From: an uncultured Chloroflexia bacterium
GTDB taxonomy: Bacteria; Chloroflexota; Limnocylindria; QHBO01
Length of the DNA stretch: 64,000 bases
NCBI GenBank assembly: GCA_963825525.1
Contig: CAWGTN010000001.1
Coordinates: 160,001-224,000, forward strand
Direction: 5' to 3'
Each line of letters starts with the position of its first letter. Positions within the stretch are counted from its first letter, which is position 1. Shown here piece after piece: positions 28,167 through 38,214 of the stretch. The position numbers were made by a program, and so were the translations under genes. The notes under the pieces were generated by a model. That model had not been told where the DNA came from. It did no database searches and worked only from the letters and a program-made list of their open reading frames with translations.

Positions 28167-29102
28167 GTGATCGACGCGATCCGCGACTTCTACGGGACCT
28201 ACCTCAACGGCAGCTGGACGTCGGTCATCGACATCGGGCTGGTGGCGATCGTCATCTATTGGCTGTTCATCCTCATCCGCGGTACCCGCGCGGTCCGGAT
28301 CGTCATCGGCCTGTCCATCCTGTACTTCGTCTACCTCGCCGCCCTTCTGTTCGGGTTCGAGCTGCTGCGTCGGCTCATGGAGACGGCCGCAGTCGTCGGA
28401 CTGTTCGCGGTGGTGGTGGTCTTCCAGCCCGAGCTTCGGCGGGCGCTTGAACAGATCGGCCGCATCGGATCGGTCAACCGATTCTTCGTCAGCACAGAGG
28501 TCGCCAGCGCGGAGCGCGTGGCGCGCGAGATCAGCCGTGCGGCGCGAATCCTGGCCGGTTCCCGGCACGGGGCGCTGATCGCGCTGGAGCGCGAAACGGG
28601 CCTCCAGGACCTGGCAGCCGAGTCGGGGGTCCCGGTCCATGCCGACCTGCGGGCGGAGCTGCTCGTCACGATCTTCTATCGCGGAACCGCCCTGCACGAC
28701 GGCGCGGTGGTCATCTCCGGCGAGCAGATCACCTCGGCCGGCGTCCTGCTGCCGTTGAGCCAGAACGTCGTCGACTCGGAGCGCTATGGGACCCGGCACC
28801 GAGCCGCGATCGGGATCAGCGAGCAGACCGATGCCGTGGTCGTGGTCGTGAGCGAGGAGACCGGCTCGATCTCGCTTGTCGTCCGTGGCCGGATCGAGCG
28901 CAACCTGACCGAGGAGCACCTGCGCCGACGCATCTTCAACCTCATTCGCCCGCAGGCACCGCGACGCGCCGTGCCGTTCCTTCGGCGCTCGATCGAGGGA
29001 CGCTGGCAGATCGGCCAGGACGAGCCGGAGAAGGACGAGCCGATCGATCCCGATGCCCGCGTCGTCCCGACCGCGGCCGACAGCCGTCCGGCAAGGCGCT
29101 GA
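28167..29102 (+). CDS. cdaA: Diadenylate cyclase CdaA (c-di-AMP synthase)
   Basis: Three N-terminal TM helices, FQPELRRALEQIG, LHDGAV, GTRHRAA, VVSEETG; CATACT lies 6 nt before the GTG. Confidence 0.95.
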   Translation: MIDAIRDFYGTYLNGSWTSVIDIGLVAIVIYWLFILIRGTRAVRIVIGLSILYFVYLAALLFGFELLRRLMETAAVVGLFAVVVVFQPELRRALEQIGRIGSVNRFFVSTEVASAERVAREISRAARILAGSRHGALIALERETGLQDLAAESGVPVHADLRAELLVTIFYRGTALHDGAVVISGEQITSAGVLLPLSQNVVDSERYGTRHRAAIGISEQTDAVVVVVSEETGSISLVVRGRIERNLTEEHLRRRIFNLIRPQAPRRAVPFLRRSIEGRWQIGQDEPEKDEPIDPDARVVPTAADSRPARR

Positions 29103-29103
29103 C

Positions 29104-30352
29104 ATGCAATTCCTGCTGCGCAACTGGCATCTCAAGCTGTCCGCGGTCCTGCTGGCGACCGTTCTGTACACCGGACTGGTCTTCTCCGGGCAGTTCAGCG
29201 AGTCCACGATCCAGGTCCGGATCGACCAGGACAACGCGCCGCGCGACTCGTTCGTGCTGAGCGGCGATCTCGGCTTCGTCGAGGTGCGCTACCGCACCAC
29301 GAACGATGCGGCTGCCGGCGTGGTGGCCGAGGCGTTCGTGGCCCGCGTGGACCTGGCGTCCTACGACATGGATCAGGCGCCCGAACCGCAGGTCCTGGAT
29401 GTCGATGTCTCGGCCCTGAGCGATGGGATCGAGGTCCTCTCGGTGACCCCCCAGACCGTGCGCGTTGAGCTCGACACGATCGAGGTCCGGTCCGTGCCGG
29501 TGCAGGTCGACACGAGCGCGGTTCCTGCCGGCCTCGAGATCGGGGAGCCGGTCGTGAGCCGCGAGACGGTCGACGTGCGCGGACCATCGTCGATCGTCCG
29601 TCGCGTGAGCCGGGTCGTCGCGTTCGCGAACATCAGCGCCTCGGCGATCGATTTCAACGAGCCGGTCGAGCTGATTGCGGTGGATGTCGAGGGCCAGCCG
29701 ATCGATGCGGGCAGGCTCGAGATCGAGCCGTCGACCGTTTCGGTGCAGGTATCGGTCGAGGCGACCGAGACGAACAAGACGGTGCCGGTACGACCGGACA
29801 TCAGCGGGACGCCGGCCCCCGGATTCGCGCTCGAGTCGCTGAGTGTCGGAGCCGTCGATCGTCACCCTGCGCGGCCTTCCCGAGGTCCTCGCGGACATCG
29901 ACGAGGTTCTCACCGAGCCGCTGAGCATCGCCGGCGTCTCGGGCAACCAGTCCTTCGAGGCCGAGCTGGTCCTGAGCGACGACGTGCGGCTGGCCGAAGC
30001 GGACGCGGTGGCAAACGTGACCGTTCGCGCCACGATCGTGGAATCGGTGTCGAGCCGGACGTTCGTGGTCGGCATCATCTGCCAGGGCGCGGGCTCGAAC
30101 GCGTGCATCCCGGCCATCGACCAGCTGACGATCACCCTGAGTGGGCCGGGCGATGCGCTCTCGGGCCTCAGCGCCGCATCGCTCACCCCGTCGGTGAACG
30201 TCAGCGGACTGGCACCCGGAACGTACTCGCTCGAACCGTCGGTCGCGGGCCTTCCCGAGGGCGTGCAGCTGCTGGGCATCACGCCGGGCTCGATCTCCGT
30301 GACCGTGCAGGCGCCGGCCCCTCCGCCGCCCTCCCCGACGCCCGCACCGTAG
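29104..30352 (+). CDS. cdaR: CdaR/YbbR-like regulator (+1 insertion near 29848)
   Basis: NWHLKLSAVLLA anchor, repeated V-x-P-x-x-V-x-V-x-G YbbR-like units; lies between cdaA and glmM. Confidence 0.88.
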
Positions 30353-31675
30353 ATGGCAGGTCGCTTCGGCACTGACGGGATTCGCGGCGAGGTGGGGTCC
30401 GAGATCACCATGGACCTTGCCGTGGCTCTCGGCCGCGCGGTCGGCCATCGATTCGGCGGCCGCGCCCCGGTGCTGGTGGGGCGTGACACTCGTCGATCGG
30501 GCGAGATGCTGTCCGCGGCCCTCGCCGCCGGCCTGACGGCCACCGGCACGGACGTGATGGACATCGGGGTGGTCACCACGCCGTGCCTCGTCCACGCCTC
30601 GGCGTCGCGCGACGTGCCGGGGATCATGGTCTCCGCCTCGCACAATCCTGCCGGGGACAACGGTCTCAAGGTCGTGCTCGGCGGCCGGAAGGTGGATGAC
30701 GACATCGAGATGGAGCTCGACGCCCTGATCGACGACCTGTCCGGGATCCCACATCCGCGCAACGAAACGCTCGGTCGTTTGCGAGCCACCGACTCGGCCG
30801 TGGAGGATTACGAGCGCCACCTGGTCGACATCGCGGCCGATGCATTCATCGGCCTCCGGCTCGGCATCGACTGCGCCAACGGCTCGGCCAGCGGCATCGC
30901 GCCGGACCTCTTCCGTTCGCTCGGCGCGGAGGTGACGGTGCTGTACGCGACGCCCGACGGGACGAACATCAACGAGGCCTGCGGATCGACGCATCCCGAG
31001 CGCCTGGCCGAGACCGTGGCTGCCGCCGGGCTCGACCTCGGGCTGGCATTCGACGGAGACGCCGACCGCCTCATCGCCGTTGACGAGCGGGGCAGACTCG
31101 TGGACGGCGACGCGATCATGGGGATCTGTGCGCTCGCCCGGCTGCAGGACGGGTCGCTGCGCAACAACGCGCTGGTCGTCACCGTCATGAGCAACGGCGG
31201 CCTCGAGCGCATCGTGAGCGAAGCGGGCGGCCGAGTCATCCGAACCCCGGTCGGGGATCGGCACGTGCTGACGGCCATGGAACGCGAGGATGCGATGCTG
31301 GGAGGGGAGCAGTCCGGCCACATCATCTTCCGCGATCGAGCGTCGACCGGGGACGGGCTGCTCACCGGAATCGAGCTCGTGCGAGCCATGCGTGCTGCGG
31401 ACAGTCCGCTCTCGACCCTGGCCGACCAGATTCCGAGGCTGCCACAGGTGGTGATAAACTCGAAGGCACGGCTCCGCACCTCCTGGCAGCAGGATTCGGA
31501 CTTTGCGGCGGCCGTTGATCGAGCCACCGCGGAGATGGGGAGCCGCGGACGGATCCTGGTGCGACCGTCGGGCACCGAGCCCAAGATCAGGATCATGGTC
31601 GAGGGGGACGATGGCGACGAGATCGAACGCATTGCCCGCGAGCTCGCGACGCTCGCCGAGGCACGATTGAACTGA
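30353..31675 (+). CDS. glmM: Phosphoglucosamine mutase
   Basis: FGTDGIRG, SASHNP, DGDADR, GGEQSGH, RPSGTEP. Confidence 0.97.
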   Translation: MAGRFGTDGIRGEVGSEITMDLAVALGRAVGHRFGGRAPVLVGRDTRRSGEMLSAALAAGLTATGTDVMDIGVVTTPCLVHASASRDVPGIMVSASHNPAGDNGLKVVLGGRKVDDDIEMELDALIDDLSGIPHPRNETLGRLRATDSAVEDYERHLVDIAADAFIGLRLGIDCANGSASGIAPDLFRSLGAEVTVLYATPDGTNINEACGSTHPERLAETVAAAGLDLGLAFDGDADRLIAVDERGRLVDGDAIMGICALARLQDGSLRNNALVVTVMSNGGLERIVSEAGGRVIRTPVGDRHVLTAMEREDAMLGGEQSGHIIFRDRASTGDGLLTGIELVRAMRAADSPLSTLADQIPRLPQVVINSKARLRTSWQQDSDFAAAVDRATAEMGSRGRILVRPSGTEPKIRIMVEGDDGDEIERIARELATLAEARLN

Positions 31676-31684
31676 GGAGACCAC

Positions 31685-33514
31685 ATGTGCGGCATCGTCG
31701 GGTACGTCGGGCCGCGTGATGCGGCGCCCATCCTGCTCGACGGCCTGCGCAGGCTCGAGTATCGGGGCTACGACTCCGCGGGCATCGCGCTCATCACCGA
31801 GTCGGGCGAGGTCTTCATCGAGAAGAAGGCGGGCAAGCTCACCAACCTGACCGATCACCTCAACGGTGACGCTCCGGCCGGGCACCCGGGCATCGCCCAT
31901 ACCCGATGGGCAACGCACGGGCGTCCGAACGACCTCAATGCGCATCCGCACACCGATTGCAGCGGCAAGCTCGCCCTCATTCACAACGGCATCATCGAGA
32001 ACTACGCCGAGATCAAGCAGCGGCTGGAGTCCGAAGGGCACCGGTTCGAGTCCGAGACCGATACCGAGGTCCTCGCCCACCTCATCGAGTCGAAGTACAC
32101 CGGCGACCTGGTCGAGGCCGTCCGTCACGCGCTGAATGACGTGCGTGGCGCGTACGCCATCGGCGTCATGCATACGGACCACCCGGATCGCATCGTCGGC
32201 GCCCGCATGAACGTGCCACTCATCGTCGGGCTGGGGGTCGACGAGGGGTTCCTGGCCAGCGACGTGCCGGCCATCCTCGAGCACACGAAGAACGTGATCA
32301 TCCTCCATGAGGGTGACATCGCCGATGTGACCGCGTCGGGCACCAGGATCCTGGGCCTCGACGGCGCGGAGGTTCAGCGCGACACGACCGAGATCCACTG
32401 GACCATCGACGCCGCCGAGAAGGGCGGATTCGCGCACTTCACGCTCAAGGAGATCTACGAGCAGCCGCACGCCATCCAGGAGTGCCTGCGCGGCCGGGTT
32501 GATGGCGTCGGCAACATCTCGCTGTCCGAGCTCACCCCGATCGACGATCGGCTCAAGTCGATCGAGCGCGTCTACGTCGTGGGATGCGGGACGGCCAGCT
32601 ATGCGGCGCACGTGGCCGCCTATCTCATCCAGGATTGGGTCGGGATTCCGGCCACCATGCAGGTGGGCTCGGAGATGCGCTACAGCCCGCCGCCGCTCGA
32701 CAGCAGGACGCTGGTCATCGGCGTCAGCCAGTCAGGCGAGACGGCCGACACCCTGGCGCCGCTGAGGCTGGCGCAGGAGCGTGGCGCGCTGGTGGTCGTC
32801 GTGACGAACGTGGTCGGGAGCGCGATCACGCGCCAGGCCGATGCGGTCTGCTACCTGCAGGCCGGACCGGAGGTTGCCGTGGCGAGCACGAAGGCGTTCG
32901 TGACCCAGGTCCTCGTGCTCCAGATGCTCGCGCTGCACCTGGCCGGGCTCAGGGGCACGATGAGCGACAACCAGCTCCGAACCCTCGGCCGCTCGCTGCG
33001 CAGCCTGCCGCGCCTTGCCGCCGAGACCCTGAAGCTCGGTCCGCAGGTCAAGAAGCTCGCCCAACGGTTCGCCCACGTGCGCGACTTCATCTTCATCGGG
33101 CGCGGGGTGGGCTACCCGATCGCCATGGAAGGCGCATTGAAGCTCAAGGAGCTCAGCTACGTGCATGCGGAGGGCTACGCCGCCGGAGAGCTGAAGCACG
33201 GCCCGATTGCGCTGCTGGATCCGGAAACTCCGCTGCTGGCGATCGCCACCGCGGGCGCCACGTACGAGAAGGTGGCCAGCAACGTGGCCGAGGCCCGGGC
33301 ACGGTCGGCGCCGGTGATCGCCATCGCGACCGTGGGCGATGACCAGATCGATCGCTACGCCGACGACGTCCTCTACGTCCCCGAGGTCCCCGAGCCGATC
33401 AGCCCGGTCATTGCCGTCCTGCCGCTCCAGCTGCTTGCCTACGAGGTCGCAGTGGCGCGGGGGACGGACGTGGATCAGCCGCGCAACCTGGCCAAGTCCG
33501 TCACCGTCGAATAG
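31685..33514 (+). CDS. glmS: Glutamine-fructose-6-phosphate transaminase
   Basis: MCGIVG, HTRWATHG, SQSGETADT, PRNLAKSVTVE. Confidence 0.99.
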   Translation: MCGIVGYVGPRDAAPILLDGLRRLEYRGYDSAGIALITESGEVFIEKKAGKLTNLTDHLNGDAPAGHPGIAHTRWATHGRPNDLNAHPHTDCSGKLALIHNGIIENYAEIKQRLESEGHRFESETDTEVLAHLIESKYTGDLVEAVRHALNDVRGAYAIGVMHTDHPDRIVGARMNVPLIVGLGVDEGFLASDVPAILEHTKNVIILHEGDIADVTASGTRILGLDGAEVQRDTTEIHWTIDAAEKGGFAHFTLKEIYEQPHAIQECLRGRVDGVGNISLSELTPIDDRLKSIERVYVVGCGTASYAAHVAAYLIQDWVGIPATMQVGSEMRYSPPPLDSRTLVIGVSQSGETADTLAPLRLAQERGALVVVVTNVVGSAITRQADAVCYLQAGPEVAVASTKAFVTQVLVLQMLALHLAGLRGTMSDNQLRTLGRSLRSLPRLAAETLKLGPQVKKLAQRFAHVRDFIFIGRGVGYPIAMEGALKLKELSYVHAEGYAAGELKHGPIALLDPETPLLAIATAGATYEKVASNVAEARARSAPVIAIATVGDDQIDRYADDVLYVPEVPEPISPVIAVLPLQLLAYEVAVARGTDVDQPRNLAKSVTVE

Positions 33515-33529
33515 CGCGACGTCCGCCCG

Positions 33530-33907
33530 ATGAGCCGCCACGAGATCGGCATCGACCTGATCGACATCCAGCGGATCGATCATGTCCTGCGGCGCTTCCC
33601 CGATCGGTTTCGCCTCCGTGTGCTCACCGAGCACGAGCAGCGCTACTGCGGTCGCCGCACCGAGCGGATTGCCGGCCGCTGGGCGGCCAAGGAAGCGATC
33701 AGCAAGGTCCTCGGACTGGGCGTTCGGGGTGTCGGGTGGCGGGAGATCGAGATCCTGCCGAACCGGGCCGGCGCGCCCCAGGTCCTGCTCCATGCTCGCG
33801 CCGCTCGCCGCGCGGAGTTCATGGAGCTCGATGACGTGACCGTCTCCATCTCGCACGAGCGAGAAATGGCCGTCGCGGTCGCCGTCGCGCATCGGCGGCA
33901 CGACTGA
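33530..33907 (+). CDS. acpS: Holo-ACP synthase
   Basis: IGIDLI, GRWAAKEAISK, VSISHE. Confidence 0.97.
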   Translation: MSRHEIGIDLIDIQRIDHVLRRFPDRFRLRVLTEHEQRYCGRRTERIAGRWAAKEAISKVLGLGVRGVGWREIEILPNRAGAPQVLLHARAARRAEFMELDDVTVSISHEREMAVAVAVAHRRHD

Positions 33908-33915
33908 GCAATGCC

Positions 33916-34821
33916 GTGAGCGGACCGTCTGCACGCGGCCTGACGCAGAAGTGGGTCGCGGCACACCTCCCCCAGCGCCCGCCTCGCGCCCACAAGGGTG
34001 AATTCGGCAGGCTGTTGGTGGTGGCAGGCTCCACCGAGTACCCGGGCGCGGCAATGCTCACCGCACTCGGCGCCATGCGCGCCGGCGTGGGAGTCGTGCG
34101 CGTGGCCGCCGCGGAGTCGGTCGCGGATCGCCTTGCGGGCGTCGTGCCCGAGCTGACCTGGATGGTTCTCGACGAGGAGGCCCCCGGGCTCATCGCACCC
34201 AGCGGCTGGCGGCGGGTGACGAACGAGGTGGCGGATCACGACGCCGTCGTCATCGGTCCGGGACTCGGAAGCCAGCCGGCCACCCAGCGGCGGACGCGGA
34301 ATCTCATCGGGGGGCTGACCGTTCCGGGCGTGGTGGACGCCGACGGGCTGAACGCGCTGGCCGCCGGTGGCAACTGGTGGACCGGCCTCGGGGCGAGCCT
34401 GGTGCTCACCCCGCATCCGGGCGAGTTCGCCCGACTCACGAACGCCGAGGCGCCGAGCAGCGCCGACGACGATGCGCGCCTCGTGGCGGCTCGGGATGCG
34501 GCGCTACGATGGCAGCAGGTCGTGGTGCTCAAGGGAGCGAACACGGTCGTGGCAGATCCCGAGGGCGAGGTCCTGCGGTCCGGCGTCACGGCACCCGCGC
34601 TGGCCACGGCCGGAACGGGCGATCTCCTGGCCGGCATCATCGGAGCATTCCTGGCCGCGGGGCTCAGCCCGAGGGACGCGGCGGGCTGTGGCGTGGCCGT
34701 CCATGGCGCGGCCGGGCTGCTGGCCGAGGACCGGATCGGGCGCGCCGGGGTCATTGCCCGCGACGTGGCCGCGCTCCTCCCGGAGGCCATTGAGCAGCTC
34801 CGCGGTGGCCGTCCCCGGTGA
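33916..34821 (+). CDS. nnrD: ADP-dependent NAD(P)H-hydrate dehydratase (stand-alone, no epimerase domain)
   Basis: HKGEFG, IGPGLG, DADGL, LTPHPGE, GTGDLLAG. Confidence 0.93.
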   Translation: MSGPSARGLTQKWVAAHLPQRPPRAHKGEFGRLLVVAGSTEYPGAAMLTALGAMRAGVGVVRVAAAESVADRLAGVVPELTWMVLDEEAPGLIAPSGWRRVTNEVADHDAVVIGPGLGSQPATQRRTRNLIGGLTVPGVVDADGLNALAAGGNWWTGLGASLVLTPHPGEFARLTNAEAPSSADDDARLVAARDAALRWQQVVVLKGANTVVADPEGEVLRSGVTAPALATAGTGDLLAGIIGAFLAAGLSPRDAAGCGVAVHGAAGLLAEDRIGRAGVIARDVAALLPEAIEQLRGGRPR

Positions 34822-35948
34822 CGGTTGCCCGGAGCCCGCATCGGGCGTGGATCGAGGTGGACCACGACGCGCTGCGGTCGAACCTTGCGCGAGTCCGCCT
34901 GCTCGCCCCCGGCTCGGAGATCATCGCGGTCGTCAAGGCGAATGCGTACGGACACGGGGCGGTGGCGGTGGCTCGCACGCTCGTCGGCGCCGGGGCGGAG
35001 CGCCTGGCAGTCGCCACGGTGGGGGAGGCCATCGAGTTGCGCTCAGCGTCGCTCACGGCGCCGATCCTGGTCCTGTGGGCACCCGGCGAGGAGGAGGCCG
35101 ATGCCGTGGCGCAGCACGATCTCGAGCCGATGGTCGATGACGAGCGGTCGATCGCGGCGGTTGAGGCCGCGGCAACCAGGCGGAAGGTGCGAGTTGGAGT
35201 GCATCTGAAGGTGGACACCGGGCTGGGACGCCAGGGCTCCCCGCACGAGGAAGCCGTCACCCTGGCGACGCGAATCGCGAGGAGTCGGCACCTGCGCCTG
35301 GCCGGTACGATGAGCCATCTCGCGGTGCCCGGCGAGGATGACGCATACACCGAGGTCCAGGCTCTGCGACTGTCTCGCGTGCTTGACGCGATGCGGTCGG
35401 CCGGGATCGACCCAGGGCTCGTCCACCTGAACGCAACCGGCGGACTGCTGTCCGGGCCCGTCGCGTTTGCCGACGCGGTGCGACCGGGCCTCTCGCTGTA
35501 CGGCATGCGACCCGCGTGGGCCGCCGATCCACCGGGTGGCCTGACGCCGGCGCTGAGCCTGAAGGCACGAGCGCGCCGAATTTTTGACCTGGATGCCGGC
35601 GAGGCGCTCGGATACGGCCTCCGTTTCCGGACGGCGCGGCGAACGCGAATCGCGACCCTCGGCATCGGCTACGGCGACGGGTGGCCCAGGGTCCACGCCA
35701 ACAACGGCGGCGTCCTCGTTCACGGGCGGCGCGCGCCGATCGTAGGCGCTGTCAGCATGGATGGCCTGACCGTGGATATCGGCGAAATCGATGGTGTAGG
35801 CTTCGCCGACGAATTTGTCCTGATCGGAGAGCAGGACGGCGCGCGGATCACTGCCGACGACGTTGCCACGGAGCGGCGCACCATCAACTACGAGGTGACG
35901 ACCGCACTGCGCGAACGTCTTCCGCGGCTCCATCTCGGAGTCGACTGA
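34818..35948 (+). CDS. alr: Alanine racemase
   Basis: AVVKANAYGHG, HLKVDTG, VRPGLSLYG, IGYGDG, VSMD. Confidence 0.96.
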   Translation: MTVARSPHRAWIEVDHDALRSNLARVRLLAPGSEIIAVVKANAYGHGAVAVARTLVGAGAERLAVATVGEAIELRSASLTAPILVLWAPGEEEADAVAQHDLEPMVDDERSIAAVEAAATRRKVRVGVHLKVDTGLGRQGSPHEEAVTLATRIARSRHLRLAGTMSHLAVPGEDDAYTEVQALRLSRVLDAMRSAGIDPGLVHLNATGGLLSGPVAFADAVRPGLSLYGMRPAWAADPPGGLTPALSLKARARRIFDLDAGEALGYGLRFRTARRTRIATLGIGYGDGWPRVHANNGGVLVHGRRAPIVGAVSMDGLTVDIGEIDGVGFADEFVLIGEQDGARITADDVATERRTINYEVTTALRERLPRLHLGVD

Positions 35949-35983
35949 CCCGCCCGCCGCCGACACGAGTATCGTAGGCAGCC

Positions 35984-36511
35984 ATGGGATCACCGATCGA
36001 GATCGACGTCTGGCAGGGGGAGATCGCTGACCTCGAGGTCGACGCCCTCATCGTTCCGGCCAACGAGTCGTTCTTCATGACCGCCGGGGCCGCCGCCTCG
36101 GTCAAGCGTCATGGCGGCGACGAGATCGAGCGGGATGCGGTCGGCCAGGGACCCGCCGCCGCGGGCACCGCCATCGCCACCCACGCCGGCACACTCGCCG
36201 CCGCTTACGTCATTCACGCCGTCGGCGTCGGCCACGAGCGCCGTGCCGACCGTGATCAGCTCGCCGCCGCGCTGCGGGCAGCACTCGGCTTCTCGGTGCC
36301 GCTGCAGCTGCGACGCATTGCCACGGCCCTGGTCGGCACCGAGCACGGCGCATTCACCGCTCCGGATGCCGCCGAAATCCTCCTTGCCGAGATCGCGGCG
36401 GCGGAGGCGGCCGGCAGTCCGGCGGAATCCATCGTGGTGGCCACCGGCAGCGCGGTCGAGACGCACGCGGTGCTCGACGCTCTCTCGGCGCGACGAGCAC
36501 GGGCCCGATGA
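35984..36511 (+). CDS. Divergent macro-domain protein
   Basis: QGEIADLEVDALIVPAN...AGTL..YVIHAVG pattern; TATCGT 8 nt upstream of the ATG. Confidence 0.85.
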   Translation: MGSPIEIDVWQGEIADLEVDALIVPANESFFMTAGAAASVKRHGGDEIERDAVGQGPAAAGTAIATHAGTLAAAYVIHAVGVGHERRADRDQLAAALRAALGFSVPLQLRRIATALVGTEHGAFTAPDAAEILLAEIAAAEAAGSPAESIVVATGSAVETHAVLDALSARRARAR

Positions 36512-36768
36512 GCGGGGACCCGGCCCGCCGCCTGGCTGAGGAGCTGGGGCGCCGCGGCCTGACGGTCCCGGCCCGCCTGCTGCTCGATGCTCATCGGCCG
36601 CTGGCGCCGCTCCTGGCAGACCTCGGTGCGGCCGTTTCGCCGCTGATCAACCTGGGTCGATCGCAGGCGCTCCTGCCCGAGGACCGCCTGCTCGACGATC
36701 CCGACGCCGTGGAGCGTGTCATCAGCGAGCTGGACCGTATCGAGGAGCGACGTGCCGGATCCCGCTGA
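36508..36768 (+). CDS. Small hypothetical protein (86 aa), cassette gene 2
   Basis: ATGA overlap with the macro gene; RRGLTVPARLLLDAHRPL...LLDDPDAVERVI. Confidence 0.75.
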   Translation: MSGDPARRLAEELGRRGLTVPARLLLDAHRPLAPLLADLGAAVSPLINLGRSQALLPEDRLLDDPDAVERVISELDRIEERRAGSR

Positions 36769-37600
36769 GCTGCTTGGCGGGCTCGTCCGTTTCGTCGGTG
36801 AGTTCCTGGGGGCATCGTCGCTCCGATTCGAGGTCGGCACGACGCTGGTCCTGCTCGGCATCGTGCTGGTGCTGCTTCAGCTTGTCGCCCGGCCGGTGAG
36901 CCGTTGGGTGACGTCCGACGCTGCCGGTCTTGCCGGGGTGAGCCGTGCCATGGCCCTGGCTGCGGAATCCGGAACCGATGCCGTCGTGTCCCTTGGCGGA
37001 GGAGGCATCACGCGCGCGACGGATGCATTCGCACGGCTCCAGACGCTGGCCGGGCTGCCGATGCTGGGCCACGTGGCCCGTGCCGCGGCCCGCAGCGGAG
37101 TCCCGCTCCGGATCCTGACCAACGATCCGATCGCCGGCCTCCTGGCCGCGGCGACCGTCGACGCAGCCCACGAGGCGACGGCCACGTCCGAACGCCATGG
37201 CAGGACCCGGGTCGTCATGGTGGGGGAGGGGCGTCCGACGATCGCGGGACTCGCCATGACGGCTCGCGCGCGCCCGGCCGCGGCATTCGCGTTCGGCAGC
37301 CTGCGCGAGGAGTCGCTGCTCCATCTCGACGGGCTGAGGAGCGGTGCGGGCACCTTGACGAGCGCCAGTGCTGAGCCTGCCCAGGCGTCGTCGCTGTGGA
37401 TCGGCGGCGGGGCGTCGCTCATCGGGCCCGAGCTCTTTCAGGCCGGCGCCGACCTGCGATCGAGCGTCGACGAGCGCACGATGGTGCTCGCGGCGAACCG
37501 GCTCATCGGCCTCGCGTTCGCGGCCATCGTGGTGGGTACGATCCTGGCCCTGACCGGGGTCCTCGATCTCGGCTCCCTGATCCGGACCGCGAACGGGTGA
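36752..37600 (+). CDS. Membrane-anchored protein, DUF6754-like (282 aa)
   Basis: GAGGAG RBS then GTG; N- and C-terminal hydrophobic helices; QTLAGL..L..VAR, DP, FGSLREES, LIGPELFQAGA pattern (family recalled, not searched). Confidence 0.7.
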   Translation: MPDPAELLGGLVRFVGEFLGASSLRFEVGTTLVLLGIVLVLLQLVARPVSRWVTSDAAGLAGVSRAMALAAESGTDAVVSLGGGGITRATDAFARLQTLAGLPMLGHVARAAARSGVPLRILTNDPIAGLLAAATVDAAHEATATSERHGRTRVVMVGEGRPTIAGLAMTARARPAAAFAFGSLREESLLHLDGLRSGAGTLTSASAEPAQASSLWIGGGASLIGPELFQAGADLRSSVDERTMVLAANRLIGLAFAAIVVGTILALTGVLDLGSLIRTANG

Positions 37601-38214
37601 GGCGACCGACCATCACGGCGCTGGTCGTCGTCATCGGCGTCCTGCTGCTCGTCGACCTCCTGGTTGTCAACACCGCCCTGGCGGACGTCGCCGGCGTCGT
37701 GATCGACGCCACCATCCTGGTTGCCGCGGGCGCGGCCCTGGCCGGAGTGGCATCGCTGGCCGTCCGCCGGCTCGGGGATCTGTGGCGGCGTCGCGGTGAT
37801 CCGGTCGGGGCGGTGCTCGTGCTGGTGGGGATCGGCGCCATGCTGATCGCCGGGTTGCGCCCGGGCTCCGCTGGCGTGTCGGATCCGGCCGTCCAGTGGC
37901 TCATCGCGGCGCTGCTGGTTCCTCTCGGGGCAACGCTCTTCGGCGTCCTGTTCCTCTCGACCATCGCGGCGGCTCGCCGCTCGGTGGCCGGTGGAAGCCG
38001 CGAGGCGCTGGTGATCGTCGGAGCGGCCGTGGTCGGCGCGGTGCTCCTGCTGCCGCTGTCGGGAGCTCCCGGAACGTGGCTGGGGGACGCGAGCAGGTCG
38101 GTGATCGATGGAGCGGTCGGCGCCGTCTTCCGCGGCCTGCTCATCGGCACCGGCCTGCTGGTTGCGGTGTACGCGGCACGCACGCTGTTCGGGATCGGCG
38201 CGAGCGATGAGTGA
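37597..38214 (+). CDS. Polytopic membrane protein (205 aa, ~5-6 TM)
   Basis: GTGA overlap; hydrophobic throughout; PLGATLF...AARR, FRGLLIG. Confidence 0.75.
   Translation: MRRPTITALVVVIGVLLLVDLLVVNTALADVAGVVIDATILVAAGAALAGVASLAVRRLGDLWRRRGDPVGAVLVLVGIGAMLIAGLRPGSAGVSDPAVQWLIAALLVPLGATLFGVLFLSTIAAARRSVAGGSREALVIVGAAVVGAVLLLPLSGAPGTWLGDASRSVIDGAVGAVFRGLLIGTGLLVAVYAARTLFGIGASDE

Noticed and set aside
31676-31684. glmS ribozyme
   Set aside because: Only 9 nt separate glmM and glmS, leaving no room
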